From an uncultured Gammaproteobacteria bacterium (GTDB lineage: Bacteria; Patescibacteriota; Microgenomatia; Levybacterales; GWA1-39-11), in assembly GCA_964425075.1 (NCBI GenBank), contig CAYRKM010000001.1, positions 395,060-459,059 of the forward strand: a stretch of 64,000 nt of DNA. The letters run 5' to 3'. The notes under the pieces are model-generated. The model saw only the letters and a program-made list of their open reading frames with translations. It was not told the origin of the DNA and made no database searches. Position 1 is the stretch's first letter. Each line of letters opens with the position of its first letter. Position numbers and translations under genes: made by a program. Positions 10,701-18,824 of the stretch are shown here, one piece after another.

Positions 10701-11067
10701 CTGCTTTTTCGGGAGTTGTGGACGCACTGAATTGGGCAATTATTGTCGATACCGATTCATTGGAAATAGAATTAAGTGTTGAGAGTCCCTTCGTTCCTTT
10801 AATTGCATCTTCAAGTGGATTTGTTATCAGATCTTCAACATCTTTCGGGCTTGCTCCGGGAAGAACAGTTGTAACAGAAACAATTGGTAATTTTACTTCA
10901 GGATTGAGTCTTCTTGGCAAAGTAATAAAACTTGTGATACCTGCAACAACAATGATAAGTATGAGCAAAATAACAATTCTTATATTTGTTAAGAATTTTG
11001 CTTTAAATGTACTAAGAAGTTGAGGATCAAACTTTAGACGTGATAAATAGGAATTTTCGGATTTCAT
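7747..11067 (-). CDS. RND efflux transporter permease (AcrB/CzcA superfamily)
   Basis: LPGASPKDVEDLITNPLE, LGLLVDDTIVV, two TM clusters, two large extracytoplasmic domains. Confidence 0.93.
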   Translation of the reverse strand: MKSENSYLSRLKFDPQLLSTFKAKFLTNIRIVILLILIIVVAGITSFITLPRRLNPEVKLPIVSVTTVLPGASPKDVEDLITNPLEDAIKGTKGLSTLNSISNESVSTIIAQFSASTTPEKAEADMKSAVDSVNTLPNEAKDPFVKRFDFEDQPVWVFSIRGEDPASLLRFSRILKEKLEDDSIVDRVTISGLEEQEIQILADPEKVANNNINPIVLSQKINSLLNSYPAGNITTSDLSFPLGVNSSISSIENLRNTTLVVNDNQVKLSDIANVFETVKPGIQESFIANENTKPSKVATFYVYKNSTATIDNAVKKMRLIAENAVKPYHEHFEILTITDSSKLIDEEFGNLTESFRDTLILVFITFLIFLGIRQALIAVLTIPLTFLVTFTVINAAGLSLNFLTLFSLLLALGLLVDDTIVVVTGMTSYFRTRKFTPEQTGLLVWRDLIVPIWSTTITTAWAFLPLLIATGIIGEFIKTIPIVVATTLYASTAIAVLITIPLMIVILKLQVPRRVVILLKLIGALLCVYLLLTLFRENPFFPLILILFLILGFIAIRIRSTLSEKINNLVGKNLIATGKSYAGRFNERLIDIEHIAVYYKRLILRILNSKSARKKVIGIVIIFSVFAYLLVPFGFVTNEFFPKSEGDQLYVNLELPSGTNTDTATTNGLRLQEFLRKTPGIEYVTSEIGRGIDAGSQDFKSGSNLVLYTMALPEKNKRKIDSLKIAENLREKIKTIKVDGKITIIEQSGGPPAGAEVQVQLLGDDLTKLDQYADKIVGFLSKQAGIINVTKSINPGTSKLTFVPDHSKITKENVSYETLGLWMRTFTTGFTVKSVKFDQKESQDITFRMNTDTQSPEDLGRLAIPTTNNTYVPLLSLGDLVLETNPTSITHLDTKRTISVSSGVSVGYSVSEANSKLLKYVDGLNLPEGYSYQTGGANEENQKSVASILQAMMLAGILILATMVVQFRSYRKAVIVMLIIPVAVAGVLVVFALTGTPLSFPALIGILSLFGIVVTHAMFLVDKFNRNLSAHMPFKEAIADGAASRLEPVFLGSFTTIVGLIPISLSNPLWRGLGGAIIAGLSFSGIIMLFFIPVVFYIVYHKDYKN

Positions 11068-11082
11068 CTGATTGTGTAAGGA

Positions 11083-12576
11083 TTAGTTAACTTTGCGCAC
11101 TGTGTCTCCGCTGATAACTGTTCTTGAAAGAATGATCTGGTTTCCATTTGCAAGTCCCCGTTCAATCTGCGCATATTGTCCGACTATTTGACCAAGAATG
11201 ACTTTTTTGGCAGATGCTTTTCCATTTTCAATTACAAAAACATACGACCCGGTGTTACTTTGGTAAATTGCATCAAGCGGTATGAAGGGAACAGCGGTTG
11301 AGGTCGAGGCATATCCAACTGGAAGCTCAACTGTCACATATTCGTTGTCCGAAACGTCATTTTGGTAAGTATCCGGAATATCAAATATTACAGAATAGAG
11401 TGATCCGTCTGTTGCCTCAGTTGAAATATACAGGGGAGCGGCAGAATATGATTTTCCATTGATATCAATTTCGGACGCATCAATGCTTGATAATTTTTGA
11501 GCAATTTCACGGGGGACTTTAACAACCGCTTTTAATTTTTGTGCTCCATGAATAACTGCAATTGGGGTTCCGGGGTTGACCGACTCGCCGGGATTTACAA
11601 ATATCCGCTCAACTACTCCCGCAAAGGGTGCAGCAGGATACATCGTTGCTTCTTGAATTTGTGCAAGTTTTAATTGCAAGGAGCTTACTTCAAGAGACAA
11701 GGAAAGCGCCTTTTCCTGAATATCTAATTGTTTTTGTGCAACTTCACGTCCAAGATCTGAAAGCTGTGCCGGCGGTTTGTCTCCTGCTGCTTGATATTCT
11801 GATGCCCTTTGTGCTGTCTGAAGCTGGTTGACAGCCGATTGGTATTGGGAAATGATCTGCTTGGTTTGTAAAATTTGCGTGTCATTTTGACCGTTTTGAT
11901 TGTTTGCTTCTAATGCATTTAGCGTTGAATTGAGGCTTCCAACGATTTCTTGGTTGAGGCTTAAAAGGGATTTGGTATCTTCAGTAGACTTAGAAGTAAT
12001 ATCCCTCAATTGATCTGCATTTGCATCAGATCTATCTGCCAAATCTCTTTGTTTTTTAATAAGGTCTTTTTGCAGGTCATATGTTGTTTTTGCGTTTTGA
12101 TAGGTGGAAGAAGCAATTTCCCGTTGAACGCCGGGAGCATTACCACCCTGATAATTTGTCGCGAGAGAAACAATTACGTATCCTTTGCCAACTTCTTGCC
12201 CTTCAACCGCATTTACACTTGCAACAATTCCCGGTGTTTGGGCAACTATTTTTATAATTCCACTTTTTTCAATTTGTGCTTGAACCTTTAGGGTGGGGGC
12301 CGAACCAATTGAATAAACCTTTACGTCTTTTACCAGTGGGGGAAGAGCTTTTTCGGCTTTTGGCTTTCTTATAATTGAACCGGCGATGATAAGTATTAGC
12401 AAAGCTCCAAGAATTGCAAGAAAGGCAGTCATTGGTTTTTTATCAACAAGGCGAATGCTCTTTCGAATATTTTTGCGGAATTTCAATTCTATATTTTTAA
12501 ATATATATTTGCCTAAAATTCTTCCTTTTTTTAATGTTTTTTGTAGTTTTGATGTTTTTTTGTATCGCTTCGTCAT
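11083..12576 (-). CDS. RND-associated membrane fusion (adaptor) protein
   Basis: TM anchor, lipoyl half-motifs (AQTPGIV..V..VEGQ; APFAGVV), long alpha-hairpin, IPLDAI; directly upstream of the RND permease. Confidence 0.88.
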   Translation of the reverse strand: MTKRYKKTSKLQKTLKKGRILGKYIFKNIELKFRKNIRKSIRLVDKKPMTAFLAILGALLILIIAGSIIRKPKAEKALPPLVKDVKVYSIGSAPTLKVQAQIEKSGIIKIVAQTPGIVASVNAVEGQEVGKGYVIVSLATNYQGGNAPGVQREIASSTYQNAKTTYDLQKDLIKKQRDLADRSDANADQLRDITSKSTEDTKSLLSLNQEIVGSLNSTLNALEANNQNGQNDTQILQTKQIISQYQSAVNQLQTAQRASEYQAAGDKPPAQLSDLGREVAQKQLDIQEKALSLSLEVSSLQLKLAQIQEATMYPAAPFAGVVERIFVNPGESVNPGTPIAVIHGAQKLKAVVKVPREIAQKLSSIDASEIDINGKSYSAAPLYISTEATDGSLYSVIFDIPDTYQNDVSDNEYVTVELPVGYASTSTAVPFIPLDAIYQSNTGSYVFVIENGKASAKKVILGQIVGQYAQIERGLANGNQIILSRTVISGDTVRKVN

Positions 12577-12722
12577 AGAATGATGTAGATTGTACTATTT
12601 TTGTCGCATACAATCAACTAATTTTCAGGCGAAAAGCACTATTAAATACTGGAGAAATATTTTTTGCAATAGGATGAGTGAAACCTTGTGTTAGGTGACA
12701 GGATCTTGAGTTTCACAGATTC

Positions 12723-13934
12723 TCATTCATATCTTAATGCGTCAATTGGAGAAAGTTGCGCAGCTCTTCTTGCAGGATATAGACCAAAAACAATACCCAC
12801 GAGCGTTGATACTCCCACAGCAATTATTATTGCAGGAATGCTTACTACAAAGGGAATTCCAGCGACTAGAGATACAGCGTATGCTCCAGAAATACCCAAA
12901 ATTATTCCAATAAGTCCTCCAATAAGCGTCATCACTACGGCTTCTACTAAGAATTGAGTTAAGATATCTTTTTGTTTGGCGCCAATTGCTTTTAGTAAAC
13001 CAATTTCCTTAGTCCTTTCAGTAACAGATACAAGCATTATATTCATAACACCAACACCGCCTACAACTAAAGAAATTCCTGAGATGCCGGCTATCATGGC
13101 AGTCAGCAGTCCAGTTATGGTTTGTACAGTTGTTAGAATGTCTTGTGCGCTTGAGATTCGAAAATCATTTTCGTCTCCTTCCCCTAATTCATGTCTGTCT
13201 CGAAGGAGTGCTTCTACATCATTAATTGTTTGATTTATGGCATTTTCATCATAAACACTAATATCAATTTCCTGAAGTTTTTCTTCTCCAAGAATTTGTT
13301 TTGTAACAATATTTATTGGTATAAAAATGGAATTGTTAATAAATCCTCCAGCAAGAGCACTTGATGAATCGATAACTCCAGTCACTCTAAAAGTTCTATT
13401 ATTTATGCGAATCGTTTCCCCAACCGCCTGAGAATTTTCACCAAAAAAAGTTTTAACAACATCAGATCCTATTACTGCAATTCTTTCTCCCGCCACTTCT
13501 TGCTCAGCAGTAATAAATTCTCCTTCAATTACATCAGGGCGTAGGATTTCAAGCGCTTCAGGTGTTGAGCCATATATCAACAGATCATCAGTTTCACCAT
13601 TTGCAGTAACTTTTGATGAAGCCATGGCAAATGGGGCTACGCTTTTTATATTGGTTAAAGAGGAGTCATTTTCTATAGCCTTAAGATCATCAAATGTTAA
13701 TGCTGTTGACCCTGCGAAAGTACTAATTTGACTACTCCCTGGGTTGATTTGAAAATAATCTGTTCCAAACGAAGAAAGCTCATTTGTTATAAACGCGACA
13801 GCTCCTTGTCCAATTGAGTAAATAAGAATTACTGACGTAATACCGATGATAATTCCTATCATCGTAAGAGAAGTTCTTAGAACATTGTTTCTTAAAGCCT
13901 GTATTGCGCTTTTGAAAATTTCTTTATATTGCAT
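12723..13934 (-). CDS. MacB/FtsX-type ABC transporter permease
   Basis: RTSLTMIGIIIG, GGVGVMNIMLVSVTERTKEIGLLKAIGA, GLYPARRAAQLSPIDALRYE. Confidence 0.95.
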   Translation of the reverse strand: MQYKEIFKSAIQALRNNVLRTSLTMIGIIIGITSVILIYSIGQGAVAFITNELSSFGTDYFQINPGSSQISTFAGSTALTFDDLKAIENDSSLTNIKSVAPFAMASSKVTANGETDDLLIYGSTPEALEILRPDVIEGEFITAEQEVAGERIAVIGSDVVKTFFGENSQAVGETIRINNRTFRVTGVIDSSSALAGGFINNSIFIPINIVTKQILGEEKLQEIDISVYDENAINQTINDVEALLRDRHELGEGDENDFRISSAQDILTTVQTITGLLTAMIAGISGISLVVGGVGVMNIMLVSVTERTKEIGLLKAIGAKQKDILTQFLVEAVVMTLIGGLIGIILGISGAYAVSLVAGIPFVVSIPAIIIAVGVSTLVGIVFGLYPARRAAQLSPIDALRYE

Positions 13935-13974
13935 ACGATCAGTTATTAGTTGTTAGGAATAGTTATTAGTTTGA

Positions 13975-14667
13975 TCATTTCTTTTTATCAAGGACAACTT
14001 TTCCATCCACAAGCCTTATTACCCTTTTGGCATATGAGGCAATATCTTCTTCGTGTGTAATAAGTATGATAGTTCTTCCATCTTTATTAATCCCTTTAAG
14101 GAATTTCATGATTTCATGAGAAGTTTTGCTGTCTAAATTTCCAGTTGGTTCGTCTGCAAGTATTATTGAAGGATTCATGACAAGAGCCCTGGCAATTGCT
14201 ACTCTTTGGATTTGTCCTCCAGAAATGTGATTTGATAAGTTGTTTGCCTTCTCCTCAATCCCTACTAGTTTTAAAGCATCCATTGCTCGCATGTGTCGCT
14301 CTTCCGATTCAACTCCTGCATACATCATGGGTCTTTCTACATTTTTTAGAACCGTGGTTCTTGGAAGTAAATTAAAGGCTTGAAATACGAACCCAATTTC
14401 TCGATTGCGTATTTCTGCAAGTTGGTCCTCAGTGTAGCTTGAGATGTTCTTGCCTCTTAGTAAATACTTTCCTCCTGATGGTGTATCAAGCGCACCCAAT
14501 ATATGCATAAGTGTTGATTTTCCACTTCCTGAGGGGCCCATGATAGCAACGAAATCACCCTCATCTATAGTTAGAGTAATACCATTTAATGCATTGTAGT
14601 ATTCACCTTCTGCTAGGGGGTATTTTTTTGTTATGTCGGTAAGTTTGATGAGGGCATTTTTAGACAT
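13975..14667 (-). CDS. ABC transporter ATP-binding protein (LolD/MacB type)
   Basis: GPSGSGKST, ISGGQIQRVAIARAL, ILADEPTGNLD, ITHE. Confidence 0.95.
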   Translation of the reverse strand: MSKNALIKLTDITKKYPLAEGEYYNALNGITLTIDEGDFVAIMGPSGSGKSTLMHILGALDTPSGGKYLLRGKNISSYTEDQLAEIRNREIGFVFQAFNLLPRTTVLKNVERPMMYAGVESEERHMRAMDALKLVGIEEKANNLSNHISGGQIQRVAIARALVMNPSIILADEPTGNLDSKTSHEIMKFLKGINKDGRTIILITHEEDIASYAKRVIRLVDGKVVLDKKK

Positions 14668-14669
14668 TA

Positions 14670-15941
14670 TTAATTTCCAAATAATCCAGGACGCTTTAAC
14701 TGCTCATTAGATAAAGTTGTAATAATTTCTTGTCCCTCTGTCAGTCCTTTCAATATTTCAGTTCTATCTTCTCCTCGGACTCCTGTAATCACGGGTACAT
14801 ATTTTATTCCATCTTTAGATTTTTTATCAGGCACTCTTACCGCCTTTCCTCCCTGGTATGGTTTGATTGCTGAATTTGGAACACTTAGTACATTTTTTAC
14901 TTCTTTTGTAATTATCCTTGCGTCTGCATTCATGCCTGAACGTAGTGCCCCATCGGTATTTTGAATATTTAAATATACGTTGTAACTAATAACTCCTCCA
15001 TTGTCTGTTCCAATTTCATCAACTCGACTAACTTCTGCCCTATATTTTTTATTTAGGACCGCACTTACATCAACTTCTGCTTTTTGTCCGGGTTTTATTT
15101 TTGCAATATCAGTTTCACTAAGTGCAATTACTATTTCACTAGCAAGTTCGCCATTAGAAATTAGAAGTACTGGAGATAGGGTTGTAGTGATTGATGCAGC
15201 AGTGGCTTTTACTGGACTACCTTCCCTAATTGATAGATTTGATATTTTTCCTGCAACAGGGGATTTTACAATTGCGTTTTGTGTTGCTTGATACAAAAGC
15301 CAAGTGGAAGAGACTTGGGCTTGTCCTTGTGCAATTGCGGTTACTTGATCTTTATATTTCTTTTCAGCTGCTAACCATTGGTCTTTGGCAATCTGAAATT
15401 CTGCTGCCGTTCTGTTTTGTTCATTTGGGGTGTCATCTCCATTTTCATATGTGCCATTTGTTGCAAGATTTCTAAAAGTATCCCATTCATCATACATTGT
15501 AGCTCTTAACGTATTAGCGCTTGACTGGGCTGCATTAAGTGTTGCTTGGGCTGCAAGATAATTTGCATATGCCGCATTGGCTTGTTGTTCAGTTGCTGAG
15601 CTTTGTACGACAAAAAGTTCCTGACCCTCAACAACGGAGTCTCCATTTGATATATATGATTCTGTAACAACACCATTGGTTGGAGAATATACTTCTGTGG
15701 TGCCGCTTGCCACAATATTTCCAGTTTCAGTAACTTCTTCTGTGATATCCGTAATTTCTGTTTTTGCGGTTGTGTAAGGTGGCTTTTTAGTAAGATTCCC
15801 AATTATATTTGAAACAATAACCGCTCCAATAATAAGTAGGACAATAATAATTATTTTTCTCTTCAAAGATGCTTTGAGAAAATAACTCCAAGCTCTTGTT
15901 GGAATTGAAAGTAGTTTTTTAATTTTAGGTTTCATATACAT
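14670..15941 (-). CDS. MacA-like membrane fusion protein
   Basis: TM, SPTNGVV and SPVAGKI lipoyl halves, LRSGMNA, VPNSAI; first gene of the ABC operon. Confidence 0.88.
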   Translation of the reverse strand: MYMKPKIKKLLSIPTRAWSYFLKASLKRKIIIIVLLIIGAVIVSNIIGNLTKKPPYTTAKTEITDITEEVTETGNIVASGTTEVYSPTNGVVTESYISNGDSVVEGQELFVVQSSATEQQANAAYANYLAAQATLNAAQSSANTLRATMYDEWDTFRNLATNGTYENGDDTPNEQNRTAAEFQIAKDQWLAAEKKYKDQVTAIAQGQAQVSSTWLLYQATQNAIVKSPVAGKISNLSIREGSPVKATAASITTTLSPVLLISNGELASEIVIALSETDIAKIKPGQKAEVDVSAVLNKKYRAEVSRVDEIGTDNGGVISYNVYLNIQNTDGALRSGMNADARIITKEVKNVLSVPNSAIKPYQGGKAVRVPDKKSKDGIKYVPVITGVRGEDRTEILKGLTEGQEIITTLSNEQLKRPGLFGN

Positions 15942-16040
15942 ATGTATGATTATATTTCGTTTGGATTTATATAGCTAGTAATTATAACTCATGGTTTTCA
16001 ATAAAAAAGAGATAATAGTGCTTTTCTATTGCCTTATGCC

Positions 16041-16069
16041 TTGACAGGCGAAAATTCATTTGGTAATAT
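16041..16069 (+). promoter_or_regulatory. Sigma70-like promoter
   Basis: TTGACA-17 nt-TAATAT with an extended TG. Confidence 0.65.
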
Positions 16070-16090
16070 CCACATACTTTCGAATTGCTG

Positions 16091-16120
16091 CCCCGAATAC
16101 GTTCGGGGTTTTTTATTTTT
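16091..16120 (+). terminator. Terminator-like leader hairpin
   Basis: CCCCGAA-tacg-TTCGGGG followed by a T-rich tract, just before ATG 16125. Confidence 0.55.
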
Positions 16121-16124
16121 AAAT

Positions 16125-16931
16125 ATGGAACAGAATCAAGCATTAGCACCAAAAAAAGTAGAAGTTACTTTTACACTCCCTAGCCTTCAAGGAATAGCCA
16201 TCGACATAAAACAAAAACTTTATTTACTTCTATCCAAAGCTATAACGCTTGCATATTCTGTATACAATCCATTAAGAAAGTCCGCTCCTAGTGAATTAAA
16301 CATAAAGCATTCTTTCGGTTTTCCAAAATTCTCTTTTAGTAAATTTAATTTTAGAAATTTCAACAGAAAGAAAGCAATGAAGATTGGCTTTCCACTTTTA
16401 ATAGGAGTACTTGCGCTTGTAGGGCTTGTAAGTATTGCAAGGGGATTACCAAATGCACAAAATAACCTTAATTCTTCTAGTGATAACATTAAAGTACCAG
16501 ATGCAACTTCGACAATAGAATTAAATCGTAAATTCGCTTTTCCATTAAGAGATGATAAGGGAAAAGAGGTTGGAAAATTTGATTTTATTGTAGAGCGTGC
16601 AGAACTTCGAAAACAAATTATTGTACAGGGAAAAAGAGCAACCGCTGTTGATGGAAGAATATTCCTAGTTTTTGATCTAAAAGTAGTAAATGATTTGAAA
16701 TTTCCTATGGAGCTTCCAACAAGAAATTTCATGAGAATTATTCTTAACAACAATAATAAAGAACTTTTGGCTCCCGATATCCACAATGATCCTGTTGAGG
16801 TTCAGGCAATATCAACAAAATACACTCGACTTGGGCTTGCAATTGACGAGAGTACTTCAAAAGAAACAATAAGAGTACAGGTTGGAGAAGTTGATGGGGA
16901 CAAACAAACCATCGAACTTAATTTCAAATAA
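16125..16931 (+). CDS. Single-TM protein with beta-rich extracytoplasmic domain
   Basis: Likely start is ATG 16125, since the track's 16029 start overlaps the promoter; TM IGFPLLIGVLALVGLVSIA; alternating beta-type C-terminal pattern. Confidence 0.75.
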   Translation: MEQNQALAPKKVEVTFTLPSLQGIAIDIKQKLYLLLSKAITLAYSVYNPLRKSAPSELNIKHSFGFPKFSFSKFNFRNFNRKKAMKIGFPLLIGVLALVGLVSIARGLPNAQNNLNSSSDNIKVPDATSTIELNRKFAFPLRDDKGKEVGKFDFIVERAELRKQIIVQGKRATAVDGRIFLVFDLKVVNDLKFPMELPTRNFMRIILNNNNKELLAPDIHNDPVEVQAISTKYTRLGLAIDESTSKETIRVQVGEVDGDKQTIELNFK

Positions 16932-16960
16932 AAATCATTCGTTAAAGTTTGTAAAAGCAT

Positions 16961-17230
16961 ATGACCAAACTTTCAAATACTAGTTCCTCTACTAATAAAA
17001 ACAAACGTCAAAACTTGGTTTCTGAAATAAAGGAGGCATTGAAAAGTGTTTCTTATGGAAGTATTGAAATTTTTGTACAGAACAAAGTAGTAACCCAGAT
17101 AACAGTAAGGAATATCAAAAAAACCAGTGTTGAAATAGAAGATAGTGACGAATTATCTTCACAAGAAATTCATATGTTCCAAGATGAGGCAAAAAGAATA
17201 CGAAGAACAATTGTAAAAAGGGTTTCTTAA
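16961..17230 (+). CDS. YezD/DUF2292-like small protein
   Basis: IKEALKSVSYGSIEIFVQNKVVTQI matches the YGS(I/V)xIxxxxxxVxQI pattern of this family. Confidence 0.75.
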   Translation: MTKLSNTSSSTNKNKRQNLVSEIKEALKSVSYGSIEIFVQNKVVTQITVRNIKKTSVEIEDSDELSSQEIHMFQDEAKRIRRTIVKRVS

Positions 17231-17272
17231 ATTGTATTTCTGTAAGGAAATCGTAAGTTTTTCATTTAGCCC

Positions 17273-17301
17273 TTGACACCAATATTTCTTTAGTATATAA
17301 G
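17273..17301 (+). promoter_or_regulatory. Sigma70-like promoter of the repeat-protein operon
   Basis: TTGACA-17 nt-TATAAG. Confidence 0.6.
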
Positions 17302-17317
17302 TTTAGTAAATCAAGAA

Positions 17318-17478
17318 AGCTGGCCGCAAACGGAGGCTTCTTCACACAACTATTTTTGTGTGCGGAAGTCTCCGTTTTTTTGTTCTTTAGGGCTACCGAG
17401 AACAAAAATAGGCGGGAGAGTATGAAGTGCTCTCTATAAACGGGAAAGCTTTTTTAACGAGAGGAGGTGAAATAATAT
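17318..17478 (+). promoter_or_regulatory. Structured 5' leader (attenuator-like) with strong Shine-Dalgarno
   Basis: Hairpin ACGGAGGCTTC..CACACAA / TTGTGTG..GAAGTCTCCGT plus T-tract; second stem TTTTTGTTCT/AGAACAAAAA; GAGGAGGTGA before the ATG. Confidence 0.6.
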
Positions 17479-18729
17479 ATGACAAATTTAAATAAACAAA
17501 TTTTCTCAGTAATTGCAGCTGGAACTATGGTTCTTAACATAGCTACTCCTGCATTTGCTGGAACCACTATTGAACTTTCAGGAAATGGTACTGAATCTGA
17601 TAACAAGGCTATTGTTAACCAGAACAGTAACACAACTGTTACACAATCCAATGTAGCTGATATCAAAAATAATGTTGATATTAAATCTAACACTGGAGGT
17701 AATGATGCTAATAGCAACACCGGAGGAAACGTAAAAGTAGAAACTGGAGATGCTACTTCAAATGTTACCGTTAAAAACACCGTTAACAGCAATGCTGCTA
17801 ATGTTGATTGTTGTGATACAGGAGATACTAACGTTCTAATTAGTGGAAATGGTGAAGATTCAGATAACTTTGTTAAATTGAATCAGAACCACGACACTAC
17901 ATTAACTCAAAGAAATGAGGCTAATGTAGAAAATGATGTTGACGTAGATTCTAACACCGGAGATAACGACGCAGAAGATAATACAGGTGGAGATGTTTCT
18001 ATCGAAACTGGAGATGCTAATGCAACCGTTAAAGTTGGCACAACTGCTAACGCTAACTGGGCACGTATTGGTGGATCTTCAAACGGCGGATCTCTTACAG
18101 CTAGAATCACTGGAAACGGAGAAGACAGTGACAACAAAATCAAATTAAACAATGGTGGAGATGTCACTCTAACTCAATGGAACCTTGCTGATATCGAGAA
18201 TGACGTAGATGTTGATTCCGACACCGGATACAACGACGCAAATGACAACACCGGAGGAGATGTAATGATCGAAACTGGAGATGCTGACACTGATGTAACC
18301 GTAGATAATATGGTTAACTTCAATGCAGCAGATGTTAACTGCGGATGTCTTCTTGACGATGTACTCGCAAAGATCTCTGGAAACGGAGAAGACTCAGACA
18401 ACAAGATCATTGCTAACCTTGGTGGAGACACCACGGCTACACAAGCTAATGAACTTGATTGTGCAGGACATCACGACAGCTGTGCTGACGTTGACGTAGA
18501 CGGCGACACTGGACACAATGATGCAAACGATAATACAGGGGAAGTTGATGCTGACTCTGATCCAAGCATTGAAACCGGAGACGCTGACGCAACCGTAAAA
18601 GTAAACAACTCAGGAAACAGCAATGCTTTCGGAGTTGATATGGATGATTTGGACCTTCCAGATTTTGGAGGACTTCACTTCAGCTTTAGCTTTGACTTAG
18701 GAGATCTTCTTGATCTTTTAAACGGTTAA
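17479..18729 (+). CDS. Secreted acidic Asn/Asp/Gly-rich repeat protein (4 repeats of ~88 aa), putative major structural subunit
   Basis: Signal peptide ..TPAFA; four copies of GNGxxSDN...Q.N...(N/D)TGxNDAxxNTG...(I/V)ETGDA; CC and CGC between repeats. Confidence 0.85.
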   Translation: MTNLNKQIFSVIAAGTMVLNIATPAFAGTTIELSGNGTESDNKAIVNQNSNTTVTQSNVADIKNNVDIKSNTGGNDANSNTGGNVKVETGDATSNVTVKNTVNSNAANVDCCDTGDTNVLISGNGEDSDNFVKLNQNHDTTLTQRNEANVENDVDVDSNTGDNDAEDNTGGDVSIETGDANATVKVGTTANANWARIGGSSNGGSLTARITGNGEDSDNKIKLNNGGDVTLTQWNLADIENDVDVDSDTGYNDANDNTGGDVMIETGDADTDVTVDNMVNFNAADVNCGCLLDDVLAKISGNGEDSDNKIIANLGGDTTATQANELDCAGHHDSCADVDVDGDTGHNDANDNTGEVDADSDPSIETGDADATVKVNNSGNSNAFGVDMDDLDLPDFGGLHFSFSFDLGDLLDLLNG

Positions 18730-18740
18730 TTGGGAATTAA

Positions 18741-18780
18741 GTAGGGTGCTCTAGCTAGCACTTCGGCAGGAACACCCTAC
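18741..18780 (+). other. Intergenic stem-loop
   Basis: GTAGGGTG ... CACCCTAC inverted repeat, no T-tract. Confidence 0.55.
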
Positions 18781-18824
18781 GAAACCCAAAATAGAATTAA
18801 GAATTAAAAATACACAAAACATAT

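Noticed and set aside
13940-13972. Short AGTTATTAGT duplication, and the TTC/TTA-rich stretch near 40300-40340
   Set aside because: Too short and low-complexity to support a function.
16029-16124. Upstream start extensions in the track (also 25498, 25947, 33401, 63125)
   Set aside because: They overlap promoter or leader elements; downstream ATGs fit better.
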